DNA from: Escherichia phage TH09
Sequence record: MT446387.1
Length of the DNA: 64,000 nucleotides
Reading direction: 5' to 3' (one strand)
The position numbers were made by a program, and so were the translations under genes. Below the pieces are notes generated by a model. That model worked only from the letters and a program-made list of their open reading frames with translations. It was not told the origin of the DNA and searched no databases. Shown piece after piece: positions 39,035-50,601 of the stretch. Numbering within the stretch: position 1 is the first letter of the stretch; every line of letters begins with the position of its first letter.

Positions 39035-39900
39035 TATTGAGCCACCCCGATTTTCTGCGTAGCGATAACTTTAACTGCTGCTCTCATACCGACAGTTGAA
39101 GAACTTATAGTCGCCGTTACATAATTTTCTTTAATACTAAATGCAATGTTAGCGATTTCGTCTTCTTCGGTTTCATTCCCAACTCGCATGACAGCATATT
39201 CAGAAGAAATGACCTCTGAATTAACAGTATCCACAAGAATATTTATTTCTGCTGTTTTAATTTTTCTTCCATCTACTGATTGGCATGTAACTAGCAATTT
39301 AGCCATATTGTATTCAGTGCGATGAAATAGTGGAATATCAACTGATCCGGATGTAGAAATATTCCATGTACCTTCAGCTGGTGATTCCTTTTGGCCAAAC
39401 ATACTTTCAATAGAATAATTCCACACCGATGTAGAATTATCAGATGAAATACAACGTAAAGTAACTTTACTATATGGGCTAGTTACTACTAAATTACCTG
39501 AAACACCTTTAATTGAATCAATCGCTTGAATCGTTAAAGGATTAGTAACTGATATAGATCCATTTGAGTTAATAAATTCAACACAATCACCAAGTTCGCC
39601 TCTTTCAATGATAACTTTAACACCTACAGTAGAGGTATCAATATCATGCCTAGTGCCAACTTTTACTGGAGTTGCGTACTCTGCAATAGAGTGTTTTTGA
39701 TAATATCCAGTAGCATGGATAATTTGGCCATCTGCTCCAGTTCCATTTGCTACTGCCATTTTACGTTGATCGCCAAACGCATTATAAATTGCGTTAAAAT
39801 CACTATTAATTTTATTACCACCGTCGAATAAGATATCACCAGTAGAAGCGTTACCAATTTCGCCGGTATCAATCAATTTCTTTGGTTCTTGAATGAACAT
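39034..39900 (-). CDS. 9: baseplate wedge / long-tail-fibre socket gp9
   Basis: 288-aa ORF, T4 gp9 length; late promoter upstream. Confidence 0.9.
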   Translation of the reverse strand: MFIQEPKKLIDTGEIGNASTGDILFDGGNKINSDFNAIYNAFGDQRKMAVANGTGADGQIIHATGYYQKHSIAEYATPVKVGTRHDIDTSTVGVKVIIERGELGDCVEFINSNGSISVTNPLTIQAIDSIKGVSGNLVVTSPYSKVTLRCISSDNSTSVWNYSIESMFGQKESPAEGTWNISTSGSVDIPLFHRTEYNMAKLLVTCQSVDGRKIKTAEINILVDTVNSEVISSEYAVMRVGNETEEDEIANIAFSIKENYVTATISSSTVGMRAAVKVIATQKIGVAQ

Positions 39901-39924
39901 AGCGGTTTCCTTATGAGTTTATAG

Positions 39925-39932
39925 TATTTATA
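39925..39932 (-). promoter_or_regulatory. late promoter TATAAATA (gene 9)
   Basis: TATTTATA on the plus strand, 25 nt upstream of the gene 9 start, just after the gene 8 terminator. Confidence 0.7.
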
Positions 39933-39940
39933 AAGAAAAA

Positions 39941-39958
39941 GGGAGCCCATGGGCTCCC
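39941..39958 (-). terminator. hairpin plus T-run after gene 8
   Basis: gggagcccatgggctccc, followed on the minus strand by tttttcttt. Confidence 0.65.
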
Positions 39959-39963
39959 TTAAG

Positions 39964-40968
39964 TTAAAATGTAAACAGAATATTGATTTCTTCTGTTTGA
40001 TCCATTGCCATGATAATAGGTGGCCTATTTTCCATATAAATCATTTCGCCCGAATGCCTCATTAAATCTTCCGGATCATAATAATCCTTTTCAGCTTTAA
40101 CGTTTGGGTCATTTGGATGAGCTTTAGCTTCAAGAGGATTCGTGATTATTGATATTTGTCTAAATCCTTTATTTCCCGGCAATGCAGCTTCTGGAAAATA
40201 AACTGAATCTAAATATGCTTTAAAACGGATAGTATTTGCCTTAACACGGTAAATTAATCCAAAATCATCTTGTTGCCAAGTGAGATTATCTTCATACCCC
40301 CATCTAGCCGGGTCTTCTTTTAATTCCTCAGGCCAAGGAACCACGATATATTCATTCGTGCATCTATTTATAGATACATCAGGCGGAATCTCAAAAAGAT
40401 ATTCCCAAACATATCCGTCTCCTGGTTCGATTGTTCCTTCCGCGTCTCCTCGACCTTCAGGAGGAGTCATTGACCTAACAGAAGGAGTCCATTTTCCACC
40501 TAACTTAAGGCATTCATCTTTATCAGTTAAAGATGCTATTGAACACATTCCTGTGTCAGGAACATCTAAACAGCGATATACTAACCAGCCTGCGCCTGAT
40601 TCAGTAGCATTGTAAGGAGCTGAGTTACACACTACAATATCGTTAATTCTAAATGTATATGGATCCGGATATCTAGTATCTCCCCAATCTCTACGAGGAA
40701 TAACTGCATCAAGCATAGATGGAAGAACCTTTACGGTTCCCATCATATGCGTCCACATGTCAGTTACGCCTAATACAGAATCAGTTGGATAAGGTGGAGC
40801 AAAGCCCACCTCATTTTCATTTGATGACCACGGTTCTGATCTTCCAAATGTGATAAAGATAGTGTTTTTATCCGGACCACTTCCAATTGAATTATAAAAA
40901 TTCAACATTTTTTCTGTTCTAAATTTTGAAGTAACTATCGCACGATAGATAACACTTGAATCATTCAT
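39964..40968 (-). CDS. 8: baseplate wedge protein gp8
   Basis: 334-aa ORF, T4 gp8 length and position; hairpin terminator downstream. Confidence 0.9.
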   Translation of the reverse strand: MNDSSVIYRAIVTSKFRTEKMLNFYNSIGSGPDKNTIFITFGRSEPWSSNENEVGFAPPYPTDSVLGVTDMWTHMMGTVKVLPSMLDAVIPRRDWGDTRYPDPYTFRINDIVVCNSAPYNATESGAGWLVYRCLDVPDTGMCSIASLTDKDECLKLGGKWTPSVRSMTPPEGRGDAEGTIEPGDGYVWEYLFEIPPDVSINRCTNEYIVVPWPEELKEDPARWGYEDNLTWQQDDFGLIYRVKANTIRFKAYLDSVYFPEAALPGNKGFRQISIITNPLEAKAHPNDPNVKAEKDYYDPEDLMRHSGEMIYMENRPPIIMAMDQTEEINILFTF

Positions 40969-43900
40969 CTATTTTAACCTGTGTTGGATTTTCAGGGTCT
41001 CTTGGATTTCCTATATTATCTTTTAGACGTTTATTAACTAAATCTCTAAATTGCGCAAATGTTGTTCCAGATGCGTCAAATAGAGGACTCATTAATTTAC
41101 GTCGTTCAGACGGCAATTGACCTTGAAATATTGAATTGTTATTTTCAGCATTATAGTCATCAGGAAGAGGATATTCTACACCAGCCATTGGGCCAGGCTC
41201 ATAAATTGCTTCGCCTGTTACCGAATCATGCTCAATTTCACCAGTTGGAGTCAATTTAGCTACTCTATCAGCATATTCAGTAGGCAATCCAGAATCCCAT
41301 TTATAGTTTTTGTATTTATTAATTATAGTCTCTGTGTGTTTAAGAGTTAAACCAACATTAATAAACATCGTTAAAAGGGTAATTGCTATAAATCCAAATC
41401 CTACTGGATGAACAAAACGAATAACGTCAGATTTCCAACGAGAAGAAGGTAAATTGGATTTAATTTTCATTACATAATATGATCGACTTCTATTAATATA
41501 GTCTATATTATTTTGAAGCAAATCCTTTCCTTTAACCCCACGAATAATTTCGCCTTCAAAACTAGGAAGTCTTTCTGCTTTAACTTCTTGGCCAGCAATT
41601 AATCGTCCCAAAAGATTATGAATAGTTACGGTCCATTGCAATTTACCATTAGAATAGCTTCTTTCTATATAAGTAACATTACATCTTCCTGTAGCTGTAT
41701 AAATCGTTTGTCCTACTAAGTCTTCAGTCAAAGAATCAGATTGAACGATTATATCATATTCAGTACCAGCCCCAGATTCAATTTCAATTTCAACTTCTTC
41801 ATTATAAAGAACTTTAAAAAGAAACTTGTATGATGCTTCAATTCCTTTAGTAGAATAAAAATCATAGCTACGTGATTCAAAGAATCTCGCAACAGCATCG
41901 CGTTTATCAGCATTTAAATAAATGTTTCTTTTATATATCTCTGACCACAAATATTCCCATGCATGCTCTTCTCGTGGATATTTGTTACGAATTAAATTTC
42001 GTAAATTGTTATACTGAGTTCCATATCCATCAGAAAGATACTGAATATATGCTTCGCAAAATGCCTCAAAATTCGAATCCTGCAACAAATAAGAATCAGG
42101 CATCATTGTGCCAATCAATGGTCTTAAATCAGGGTCAGCCAATCCACGCTCTTCTTCAGGCGACCAAGGAGTTTCATGCTCTTGGTTTTGTAAAAATGCT
42201 TTTAAAAATACTTCAGTTGGCTTCCAAATAATTTCTACTGTATCTCTCACGCGATAGTTAAAATCATAGTAAGAAATTATTTCACCAGAGGCTTTATAGA
42301 AAAGCATCCCAGATGCATATTTTTTAAATCCAGTGAATTTAACATTTGGCATTACTATAGTACAATCGCCATCATCCCAGTATTCATGAACTAATCTATC
42401 TGGTGATGTTTCCGGAATATTTTCTATAACTTTAGTGTATTTTAAATCAGCATAAACTACTACAACCCTATCGGAGTTGTTTATCCAACAGCGTGTGTTA
42501 GATTTTTTAGACCAGTTAAAGAACGGTTCTGCGTAGTATTTCATTGGTTGAGGAGTAAAAGTCTCCCAATCAGATGTTTCATCCGCTATAAATGCCATCA
42601 TATGATAATGCTTATCAGCTAACCATTCACGAGGAAATTCATATTTAACAGCGCCAATTAACTGATATTTTGCTGCAGTTTCAGGGTCATTAACAACATT
42701 ATCACTTAAAAATTTAAAATTACTCGAAGACAGAGAAACTAATTTACCGTCAGTTGACATATTCGCATATCCGGGTTGAATACGTCTTCTTTCTTCTTCG
42801 GTATTACCAAAAACTCTTTTCCATGTTTTTTCGTCATGATTTAAAACATATATTCCTTTATCAGCAGAATCAATTATTTTTGAAGTTCTCGGATTAGCAT
42901 TTAATGTTTCAACTTCACCAATAATAAGAGCAAAAACTTTATCACCAATAGAATCCATTTTATAGCATACTGCTTTAGGATTTCCGGTTATAGTCATTGT
43001 ATCAGGTTCAAAAAGCCTTTCCGAATATGTTGGAGATAATGGATCAGAATCTATAGGTGCATTACTCGTTTTTATGTATCTAACTTTGTCTCTGGCAACA
43101 ACGTAAATGTAATCATCGGTGCAAGTAATAGCTTCTGCAATACGATATACATTCGCTGGTAAAGTCGCGTAAGTGGCAAAAATTTCTACATCAAATCCTA
43201 AATGTAATTGGTCGCCAAGTTTAGCGAATGTTATATCCTGAGAACTAAATCTGACATCGTCAGCTGACCATCTAACATCAGTCGATTTGCGGCCATAGAA
43301 AATCTTGTCGTATCCTAGAACGTATGTTGTGTTCGCAGATTGGTAATATACTGTCTTAGATAAAGGATATCCTACGTGGTCATTGAAGAGCTTTACAGCT
43401 TTCCAAGTTTGTCCTTTATCATTGGATACTTTAACTACAGGTTGATAACGCTCAAAAAGGTATAAAATCCCTTCTGATTCCATCAAATAAACTCGGTTAA
43501 TATCCTTACATACTTGCTGAATAGAACCTTGTATTTCATGATATTCATTTTCACCAATAATAAAATTACTTATTGATGAAACGTCAACATATGATGGGCT
43601 GAATTGGAACGATTCATTCATCAATGCAGCCATTATAGTGTCATTATTAAAATTAACATAGTTAGAATTATTAAGAGTAAATTTTTCCTGAATGAATTTA
43701 TTAGCTAATTGCATTTCAATCATGTTTTGAAATGTATAAGCATTTGTAGCAAAAGTTTCAAACTCTTCGGTATAAATCCAATCAGACTGCTCAAAATCTT
43801 GTGCAGCTGTAGCTACTCTGATAATGTATGATGTCAATGGGTCAGCATCATCAAAAAAGAAGCTGTTATTTGCAGTATATCCTAAGTTAATCCATCTGTA

Positions 43901-44059
43901 TTGATTACTCGGGAGATTTTCCCCCGAGTTTGTTTTTGTCTCAGCGATTTCTACAAAATAGTAGAAATTAACACCAACGTCATCCCAGCGTACTTGCACC
44001 TGATTTGCGGATAACTTGGAAATTCTGAGACTAGTGACTGAAGGTGCTTTTACTGTCAT
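40961..44059 (-). CDS. 7: baseplate wedge protein gp7
   Basis: 1032-aa ORF, T4 gp7 length and position. Confidence 0.9.
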   Translation of the reverse strand: MTVKAPSVTSLRISKLSANQVQVRWDDVGVNFYYFVEIAETKTNSGENLPSNQYRWINLGYTANNSFFFDDADPLTSYIIRVATAAQDFEQSDWIYTEEFETFATNAYTFQNMIEMQLANKFIQEKFTLNNSNYVNFNNDTIMAALMNESFQFSPSYVDVSSISNFIIGENEYHEIQGSIQQVCKDINRVYLMESEGILYLFERYQPVVKVSNDKGQTWKAVKLFNDHVGYPLSKTVYYQSANTTYVLGYDKIFYGRKSTDVRWSADDVRFSSQDITFAKLGDQLHLGFDVEIFATYATLPANVYRIAEAITCTDDYIYVVARDKVRYIKTSNAPIDSDPLSPTYSERLFEPDTMTITGNPKAVCYKMDSIGDKVFALIIGEVETLNANPRTSKIIDSADKGIYVLNHDEKTWKRVFGNTEEERRRIQPGYANMSTDGKLVSLSSSNFKFLSDNVVNDPETAAKYQLIGAVKYEFPREWLADKHYHMMAFIADETSDWETFTPQPMKYYAEPFFNWSKKSNTRCWINNSDRVVVVYADLKYTKVIENIPETSPDRLVHEYWDDGDCTIVMPNVKFTGFKKYASGMLFYKASGEIISYYDFNYRVRDTVEIIWKPTEVFLKAFLQNQEHETPWSPEEERGLADPDLRPLIGTMMPDSYLLQDSNFEAFCEAYIQYLSDGYGTQYNNLRNLIRNKYPREEHAWEYLWSEIYKRNIYLNADKRDAVARFFESRSYDFYSTKGIEASYKFLFKVLYNEEVEIEIESGAGTEYDIIVQSDSLTEDLVGQTIYTATGRCNVTYIERSYSNGKLQWTVTIHNLLGRLIAGQEVKAERLPSFEGEIIRGVKGKDLLQNNIDYINRSRSYYVMKIKSNLPSSRWKSDVIRFVHPVGFGFIAITLLTMFINVGLTLKHTETIINKYKNYKWDSGLPTEYADRVAKLTPTGEIEHDSVTGEAIYEPGPMAGVEYPLPDDYNAENNNSIFQGQLPSERRKLMSPLFDASGTTFAQFRDLVNKRLKDNIGNPRDPENPTQVKIDE

Positions 44060-46038
44060 TGTGATATAGGCTCCAAATCGATAGTTAAGTATTGTGGACG
44101 TAAGTCATTTTCAAATACAATCAGTGAACCATCACGAGTAAAGATAACATCATCGGTTGGGTCAGAATATAATTCAATAGTCTGAACTTCAAATTTTTCA
44201 GATGTTAAATTAATTTTAGCGATATTCCAATAAATCATGTCAGCTGGATAATTTATTTCACCGATAACATAGTATTTGTCGCGTCCATCAGAATTTGCTA
44301 ATTTGTTAAAATCGTTTCCTGTATACGGCTGAATGTTTTCATTTTCTGTAACATCGCCAGAAGCAAATGGACCAATAATAACTTTACCAATTCCTTTAGA
44401 ATCTCGGTCTGTTGATACTATACGAACGTCATATAATACATCTTCTTCTAAACCAGTATCAGGATTTACAACCTTTCGTCCAGAATTAAATGAAAACGTA
44501 TTAGATTCCATAGAACGATCTTTTATTTGATTATTGTATTTAATACCCGCTTCAGGCGTTTTATAGAAGTTTTGTACTTCACGAACCATTTGAATAGTCG
44601 CTGATGAACCAATGACAGAATGATCTGCATCATCTACATATGTCAACATCTTAGATTTAGCGAAAGATGAGTTAAAAATTTCTACGTCTTCGGTATAATA
44701 ACGATCAATTTTATCAATTATTTGACCTTCAAGCCACTGTTCAGATTCTTGCAGCTTATTTAAAGCATATGTGACTTTTAAATTAGTCTTAATAAAAAGA
44801 TAATTAGGAGAAATAATTGATGGTGTAATAGGTGCTAAATTATAATCTTTGAGATAATTTTTAATATCTTCACGCTGCACAGTAGTTAAATACAATCCTG
44901 ATTTAGGTTTAGCAGCAATAAATGCATAACCAGGTTTAGTAGAATCAGTGAAAGTCTGAACGGCTTGAATAATAGAACCAAATCTTTCTGAGACAAATGT
45001 ATCATAATCTGTCGCAGTTACGCATCGTTGCTGGGTTTCGCGTTTAATAGTACCCAATTCGCGAATACGCTCAATATCTTCTGGATCACCGCCACCATCT
45101 GCTCCAACAAAATCTGGGTCATCGTTTGGATTTTCATTAATATTGATGACAGTTATATTTGTTAATGTATCTGCGTATGAAAATCCGACTGCTCCGTTTG
45201 CGTCAGCGCCATTAGTACTGATGTACTCAATGACAATCGTAGAGTTCTGAGTAGGTTTAAGACCTCCGATATAATTAGCGGTCAAAGCTCCTTCAGAAGC
45301 ATTAACAGAAATTTCACCTTCACCAAAATAGAATTCAGTGTTTCCATCAATAGTTTCACGCATATAGTAAATCGTTGATGTTGAACCAGCATGAACCATT
45401 GACTTTCTCGTCCAGTTAATCCATTCCGCTCCATCAACATATAATTTAACCTGGTTTCTATCAATATTTTTATCATAAATGATAATAGGTGTTAATTTAT
45501 CATAAATGATTTCAGTTCTTACTATACGTCCCTGGGCCAATTTTAAACGCGGAAAATATTGGTTATTTTTATCACGAATAGCAATAACGTCTTCGGTAGA
45601 AACGAAGTTATATGGATTAACAGAAGTATCTTTTGCATATGCTAAAAAGCGAGTTCCGCGAGGAATTGTAATGTAATTCCTATTCAATGCGTCGGTGCAT
45701 GTTAACATAATTTCGGTCTGTGCAGCGGATTTTGAAGTAGGTAAATATCCGTTATCTTGTGCAGCTTGAACAACTGAACTTCGTAAGTTAGCAGTACGCA
45801 TAAAGCTTTCATACACAGCAGCATTACCAAACTGTTGAATGTACAGCGTATTATAAGCCAAAAGGTCACACAGAACGTTTAATCTTGAGCCTTCAAAATC
45901 ATAATCCAAAAATTCATTTTGGCCATTAAGCCATTCAATGAGGTTTTGTTTTATTTCAGCAAACGTACCCCCGACGAATATCTCGGGAATAGCATTTGCT
46001 GTTCTTGTTAATTGATAATTTACAGGGGTATTTGCCAT
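44056..46038 (-). CDS. 6: baseplate wedge protein gp6
   Basis: 660-aa ORF, T4 gp6 length and position. Confidence 0.9.
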   Translation of the reverse strand: MANTPVNYQLTRTANAIPEIFVGGTFAEIKQNLIEWLNGQNEFLDYDFEGSRLNVLCDLLAYNTLYIQQFGNAAVYESFMRTANLRSSVVQAAQDNGYLPTSKSAAQTEIMLTCTDALNRNYITIPRGTRFLAYAKDTSVNPYNFVSTEDVIAIRDKNNQYFPRLKLAQGRIVRTEIIYDKLTPIIIYDKNIDRNQVKLYVDGAEWINWTRKSMVHAGSTSTIYYMRETIDGNTEFYFGEGEISVNASEGALTANYIGGLKPTQNSTIVIEYISTNGADANGAVGFSYADTLTNITVININENPNDDPDFVGADGGGDPEDIERIRELGTIKRETQQRCVTATDYDTFVSERFGSIIQAVQTFTDSTKPGYAFIAAKPKSGLYLTTVQREDIKNYLKDYNLAPITPSIISPNYLFIKTNLKVTYALNKLQESEQWLEGQIIDKIDRYYTEDVEIFNSSFAKSKMLTYVDDADHSVIGSSATIQMVREVQNFYKTPEAGIKYNNQIKDRSMESNTFSFNSGRKVVNPDTGLEEDVLYDVRIVSTDRDSKGIGKVIIGPFASGDVTENENIQPYTGNDFNKLANSDGRDKYYVIGEINYPADMIYWNIAKINLTSEKFEVQTIELYSDPTDDVIFTRDGSLIVFENDLRPQYLTIDLEPISQ

Positions 46039-46046
46039 TTTAAATC

Positions 46047-46340
46047 CTATTTAATGAATACTTTAGATGATGCCTGAGCCACAGTATCACCGCATGATAT
46101 TGGATCAGCCATTTGAACAGCTTTCTTTCCAGTGACATATACCTTAGAAGTTCTGGGTTGTGTCACTCCGCCATGTGTTTCATATGGCTTTTTAATTTCT
46201 GTATGTTCTGTAATTGGATCACCTGCTACGAGAACAGCAATTCCTCCAGTGAATACTTTACTTTGTGTAGCATTCACAACTGTTGGAGGCCATGCTTCAT
46301 GACCAGCAGTAACACATTTATCATAACTTAATCCTGACAT
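46047..46340 (-). CDS. 5.4: baseplate spike tip protein gp5.4 (PAAR-like)
   Basis: 97-aa ORF, T4 gp5.4 length and position directly downstream of gene 5. Confidence 0.8.
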
Positions 46341-46898
46341 CTATGACCTCTCATACACATAGCTTCTTAATTTATTAGCCCAACGACTCCAATTTCCAAC
46401 TATAGTTTTAGTATAATTTTTAACGAGAGTTTTTCTTACTGGAGCAGGAGGATCTGTCGGTTCAGTAGTATCAGAAGATGACCTAGAATTACTGCCAGAA
46501 CCTCCAGATTCACTTTGTTCTTGGTAGTCATATATTAATGTTACTTCGTAAGTGAATGTCTTCTGGAGATTTTGAGGAGCTTTCCACAAATACAACTGAG
46601 TGTCAGAATCAGTAGGAAGTTCTTCCCATGAAGCAGCAGTTTTAAATTCATCACCTAAACGATATTTCAACGCGTCATTTCCAAAACCAAATACAGATTC
46701 ATACGTTCCGTATAAGCGATTTTCTTCTACTAAAACCCCAGGAGTTTCTTCGTAACTAGTTATATTTATAGATACTAACGTTTCACCTGTTTCTAATTGA
46801 GCGGTAAAGGTGACGTCGATAGAAGAACCTTCCATGGATTCTCCTAAATCAGCGCTCATTGGAAGTATATTAGCCAATGTCAATCCTCGATCCATCAA
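46341..46898 (-). CDS. 5.1: gp5.1-like protein
   Basis: 185-aa ORF overlapping the gene 5 3' end by 29 nt; true start may be an internal Met. Confidence 0.6.
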
Positions 46899-48597
46899 TT
46901 GTGTATTGACCAGATGAAATAGAACTCATAGATGCCATTTTTTCTGTCCAATCACCACCAACGTCCCAATCAACTGTCCCAGCAACTTTCCAAGAAAGAT
47001 TTCCATTTACTGTATTAGTCTGATTTCCTTCAACTAAAGTGGTAGCATCTCCTTTAACTGTAATGTCAGCATTACCTTCAACTACAATAGTAACATTACC
47101 TTTAACTAGGATAGTTCCATTACCTTCAACCGTCTTAGTTTCATCGCCACGCACAAATATTGTATTGCTTCCATCTATTTGGTGGAGACGATTATCCATG
47201 TTGTAATAAATTTCTGACCCACCGACGTTAGTCTTTTTATCGCCAGCTACCAAAAAATTACCATCAGCGTTGGTTATATCATACAAATTATCAACAGTTT
47301 TTCTTGTTCTTCTCCCTGACGGTGATACTTCTTCATAAGTCCCAGTTGGATGAACTAATCTATATCGTTCTTGCCCAGGGGTATCATCAAATTCCTGAAT
47401 ATGTCCACTTTCAGTTTCCATTGTATGCACATAAGGATATTCACCTTTATATGAAGAAACTGGTTCTTTGAATAAAATTCTCGAGTCATTTGGAATAGGA
47501 GGGTCAGCAGGGTCAGAAGATTTAGCTACAGTAGCAGCCATTGCTGATAGAGACCTAGCTGGGGTTTTCACTTCAACGCCATATGATTCTAAATTTCCCG
47601 TAAGAATAATCATGGTAACACGGGATGCACGGCCTTTTGTTTGTTGATACCACAATGAATCACGACCAGCTTTATATGCCTTTTCCCAATCTCCGGCTAA
47701 CATAGCAGTTAACATTGTGTTAAATTTAGCTACACCGCCAACACCCATCTGAAATGCCATATTTTCTAATGCCATTTGACGAGAACGATTAACTGCTTGC
47801 CAAACTGGGCCAACTTTAGAATGTGATTTAATGTCACGTTGCATATCAGCCAAATCACGTTCAAATAAAGCTACCGCTTCTTCCATTGTAATAGAACCTG
47901 GATTTCCGGTAATTTCACGACCAACTTGTTTTGATAAAACTTTATTAATTTGAGCCATATCACGAACTGGCTGCTTCATAATAAGATGACCAATACCAAT
48001 TGTCGGATATCCTTCTGTATCCCAATAAACTTTTAGTCTTAATCCTTCATCGCGGCGAAGCATTTCAGCCATTGACATATTTGGATTATCATCAGTTGGA
48101 ATTTCTGATAATGGTCTATCATCAGGATTTATCGCAGTGTCTAGATTGCTATCTTGGATAATATTAGAAGACGAATCATATCCTACTTCTCCGCCTTGGT
48201 TTAATACGTTAGTATCATTTCCTAGACGTCTAGGATATTGTCCAGTTGGATCAGAAAATCCTTCAAGTCTATTCGGTTTTTCGCGAACTATTCCACCATA
48301 CGTGCCAAGGACAATTCCGTTAGTTTTCCATTTGTCTAAAAAATGACCATAAACTCTAGTTCCTTCTACCGGACCAGTAACGGAGCCTCCAATTCCTGAC
48401 ATTGCTGCAGAAGTTATAGGTTGAATAACTGACATCCATGGTAATTTTTCAGTTGGAATACCCATTACATCACCTTGTGCTCTTTGAGGTGGATGCAGAC
48501 CAACAACACGAACACGAACACGACCTAATTTTAATGGGTCCATTCTATCTTCAACAACACCAACAAACCAATTGAGGTTATTACTTATCATTTCCAT
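46870..48597 (-). CDS. 5: baseplate central spike and tail lysozyme gp5
   Basis: 575-aa ORF; lysozyme domain resembles gene e product (RLKVYWDTEGYPTIGIGHL); C-terminal VxGxxxxx beta-helix repeats. Confidence 0.95.
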   Translation of the reverse strand: MEMISNNLNWFVGVVEDRMDPLKLGRVRVRVVGLHPPQRAQGDVMGIPTEKLPWMSVIQPITSAAMSGIGGSVTGPVEGTRVYGHFLDKWKTNGIVLGTYGGIVREKPNRLEGFSDPTGQYPRRLGNDTNVLNQGGEVGYDSSSNIIQDSNLDTAINPDDRPLSEIPTDDNPNMSMAEMLRRDEGLRLKVYWDTEGYPTIGIGHLIMKQPVRDMAQINKVLSKQVGREITGNPGSITMEEAVALFERDLADMQRDIKSHSKVGPVWQAVNRSRQMALENMAFQMGVGGVAKFNTMLTAMLAGDWEKAYKAGRDSLWYQQTKGRASRVTMIILTGNLESYGVEVKTPARSLSAMAATVAKSSDPADPPIPNDSRILFKEPVSSYKGEYPYVHTMETESGHIQEFDDTPGQERYRLVHPTGTYEEVSPSGRRTRKTVDNLYDITNADGNFLVAGDKKTNVGGSEIYYNMDNRLHQIDGSNTIFVRGDETKTVEGNGTILVKGNVTIVVEGNADITVKGDATTLVEGNQTNTVNGNLSWKVAGTVDWDVGGDWTEKMASMSSISSGQYTIDGSRIDIG

Positions 48598-49171
48598 AAG
48601 ATTTCTCCATTATACGTATAAGGTCGTTCATAAATGAATTGATGTCTGATTTTGCTATTATTTTTATTTGACGAAGTTTTTCATTTTCAAGAACAGCAGC
48701 TTCATACGTATCGACCGCAGCAAGCGCTCCTTCATATTGAGGATATTTTTTAGCTTTATCGCCTTTATCATACCAAACATATGGATTATCATCGTATGAT
48801 ACTAAATTATAAAATTTTTCACCGTTTTCATTCACATGATATACTATTTGGTCTCCACCTACGTTTTTGTATTTTTGTATAGATGCTTGATAAGCAGCTT
48901 CTTGTGAAGTAATCCATCCATAATACGGGTCATAATTATCATTACACATCAATAAAACCCAATACAACTGCGGATTTCCATATATAGCATTTGCTAATTC
49001 TTCCGGGCGTGGTGAACCTTTGATATAGTAAGTGCGTAAGCGATATCCCGCAAGAGCGCGTTTGAAATAGTCTTTATAGTTTCTAAAAATATCTGTCATA
49101 GGAATAGTCGGCGCGTTTTTATTCACCGTTTTGGCCGCATATTCAATCGGATCAAAAAATGTAAAGAGCAT
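48581..49171 (-). CDS. 53: baseplate wedge protein gp53
   Basis: 196-aa ORF, T4 gp53 length; late promoter upstream. Confidence 0.9.
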   Translation of the reverse strand: MLFTFFDPIEYAAKTVNKNAPTIPMTDIFRNYKDYFKRALAGYRLRTYYIKGSPRPEELANAIYGNPQLYWVLLMCNDNYDPYYGWITSQEAAYQASIQKYKNVGGDQIVYHVNENGEKFYNLVSYDDNPYVWYDKGDKAKKYPQYEGALAAVDTYEAAVLENEKLRQIKIIAKSDINSFMNDLIRIMEKSYGNDK

Positions 49172-49184
49172 GGGCCCTCCTGTT

Positions 49185-49207
49185 TATAAATATATTATCT
49201 ATTTATA
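49185..49207. promoter_or_regulatory. back-to-back divergent late promoters for gene 4 (plus) and gene 53 (minus)
   Basis: TATAAATA on the plus strand at 49185..49192; TATTTATA at 49200..49207. Confidence 0.7.
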
Positions 49208-49218
49208 AGGAGAATCCA

Positions 49219-49671
49219 ATGGCATATTCTGGAAAATGGGTTCCTAAAAATATATCAAAATATAGAGGTGACCCTAAAAAAATTACGTATAGATCAAATT
49301 GGGAAAAATTCTTTTTTGAATGGTTAGATAAAAATCCAGAAATTATTGCATGGGGTAGTGAAACAGCAGTAATTCCTTATTTTTGTAATGCAGAAGGGAA
49401 AAAACGTAGATACTTCATGGATATTTGGATGAAAGATTCTTCTGGACAAGAATTTTTTATTGAAATAAAACCTAAAAAAGAAACACAACCACCAGTTAAA
49501 CCAGCACATCTAACAACCGCAGCGAAGAAAAGATTTATGAATGAAATTTATACATATTCCGTTAATACCGACAAATGGAAAGCAGCGCAAGCTTTAGCTG
49601 AAAAGCGTGGAATAAAATTTAGAATTCTAACAGAAGATGGATTACGAGCTCTTGGCTTTAAGGGGGCATAA
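49219..49671 (+). CDS. 4: head completion protein gp4
   Basis: 150-aa ORF, T4 gp4 length; late promoter upstream. Confidence 0.9.
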
Positions 49672-50495
49672 TGGCTATTTTTCAAATAATTAATGAAAGC
49701 ACTCCCCAAGTTCCAAAGGTTAAGCAATCATTAAACGAAAAGAAATGGATTCAGATAGGTCTTGAATACAAAAAGGCCAAAGCAAAAGGAATGACAGGAA
49801 AACAATTTGCTGAAGAAAGAGGAATCAAATACTCTACGTTTACTTCGGCAATGTCAAAATATGCTTCAGGAATTAAAACGGCTGAAAAGATTCAAAAGCT
49901 TGAATCAAAACCAATGAATAAACTCAATAAGCAAGAAAGACAACTGCTTATGATAAATTCATTCAGGCAAACATTGCGTGATAAAATTCGTAATGAAGGT
50001 GCAGCAATTAATAATAAAACCAGAAAGTGGTTTGCTGAAACTATTAAGCAGGTAAAAGGACATAAAGTTGTTCGCCCGCAGCCGGGACGAATATATGCTT
50101 TTGCTTATGATGCTAAACACAAGGAAACTCTTCCTTACTGGGATAAATTTCCTTTGATAATTTATCTTGGTTTAGGTAAGCATAACTTAATGTACGGATT
50201 GAACTTGCACTATATTCCACCTAAAGCTCGTCAGCAATTCCTAGAAGAGCTTCTAAAGCAATATGCAAATACACCTACTATTACTAATAAAACGAAATTA
50301 AAAATTGATTGGAGTCAAGTGAAAGGATTTAGGGGTGCAGACCAAATGATTAAGGCATATATACCTGGTAATATTATGGGTAGCCTTGTTGAAATCGCCC
50401 CGAAAGACTGGGCGAACGTTGTGTTAATGCCACTTCAGCAGTTCGTTTCAAAAGGAAAACGTTTCTCTGCAAACAAAGTCTGGTCAAATATCTAA
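49671..50495 (+). CDS. 2: DNA end protector protein gp2
   Basis: 274-aa ORF, T4 gp2 length; start overlaps the gene 4 stop. Confidence 0.9.
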
Positions 50496-50601
50496 TTCTA
50501 TTATCTTCCATTCTTTTCTGTTGTTTGTTCTAAATGGAATTGAATGGAAGGGACTTAGACCCATTATACCACCAACAGTTATAAAGCATTATGAGGAATA
50601 T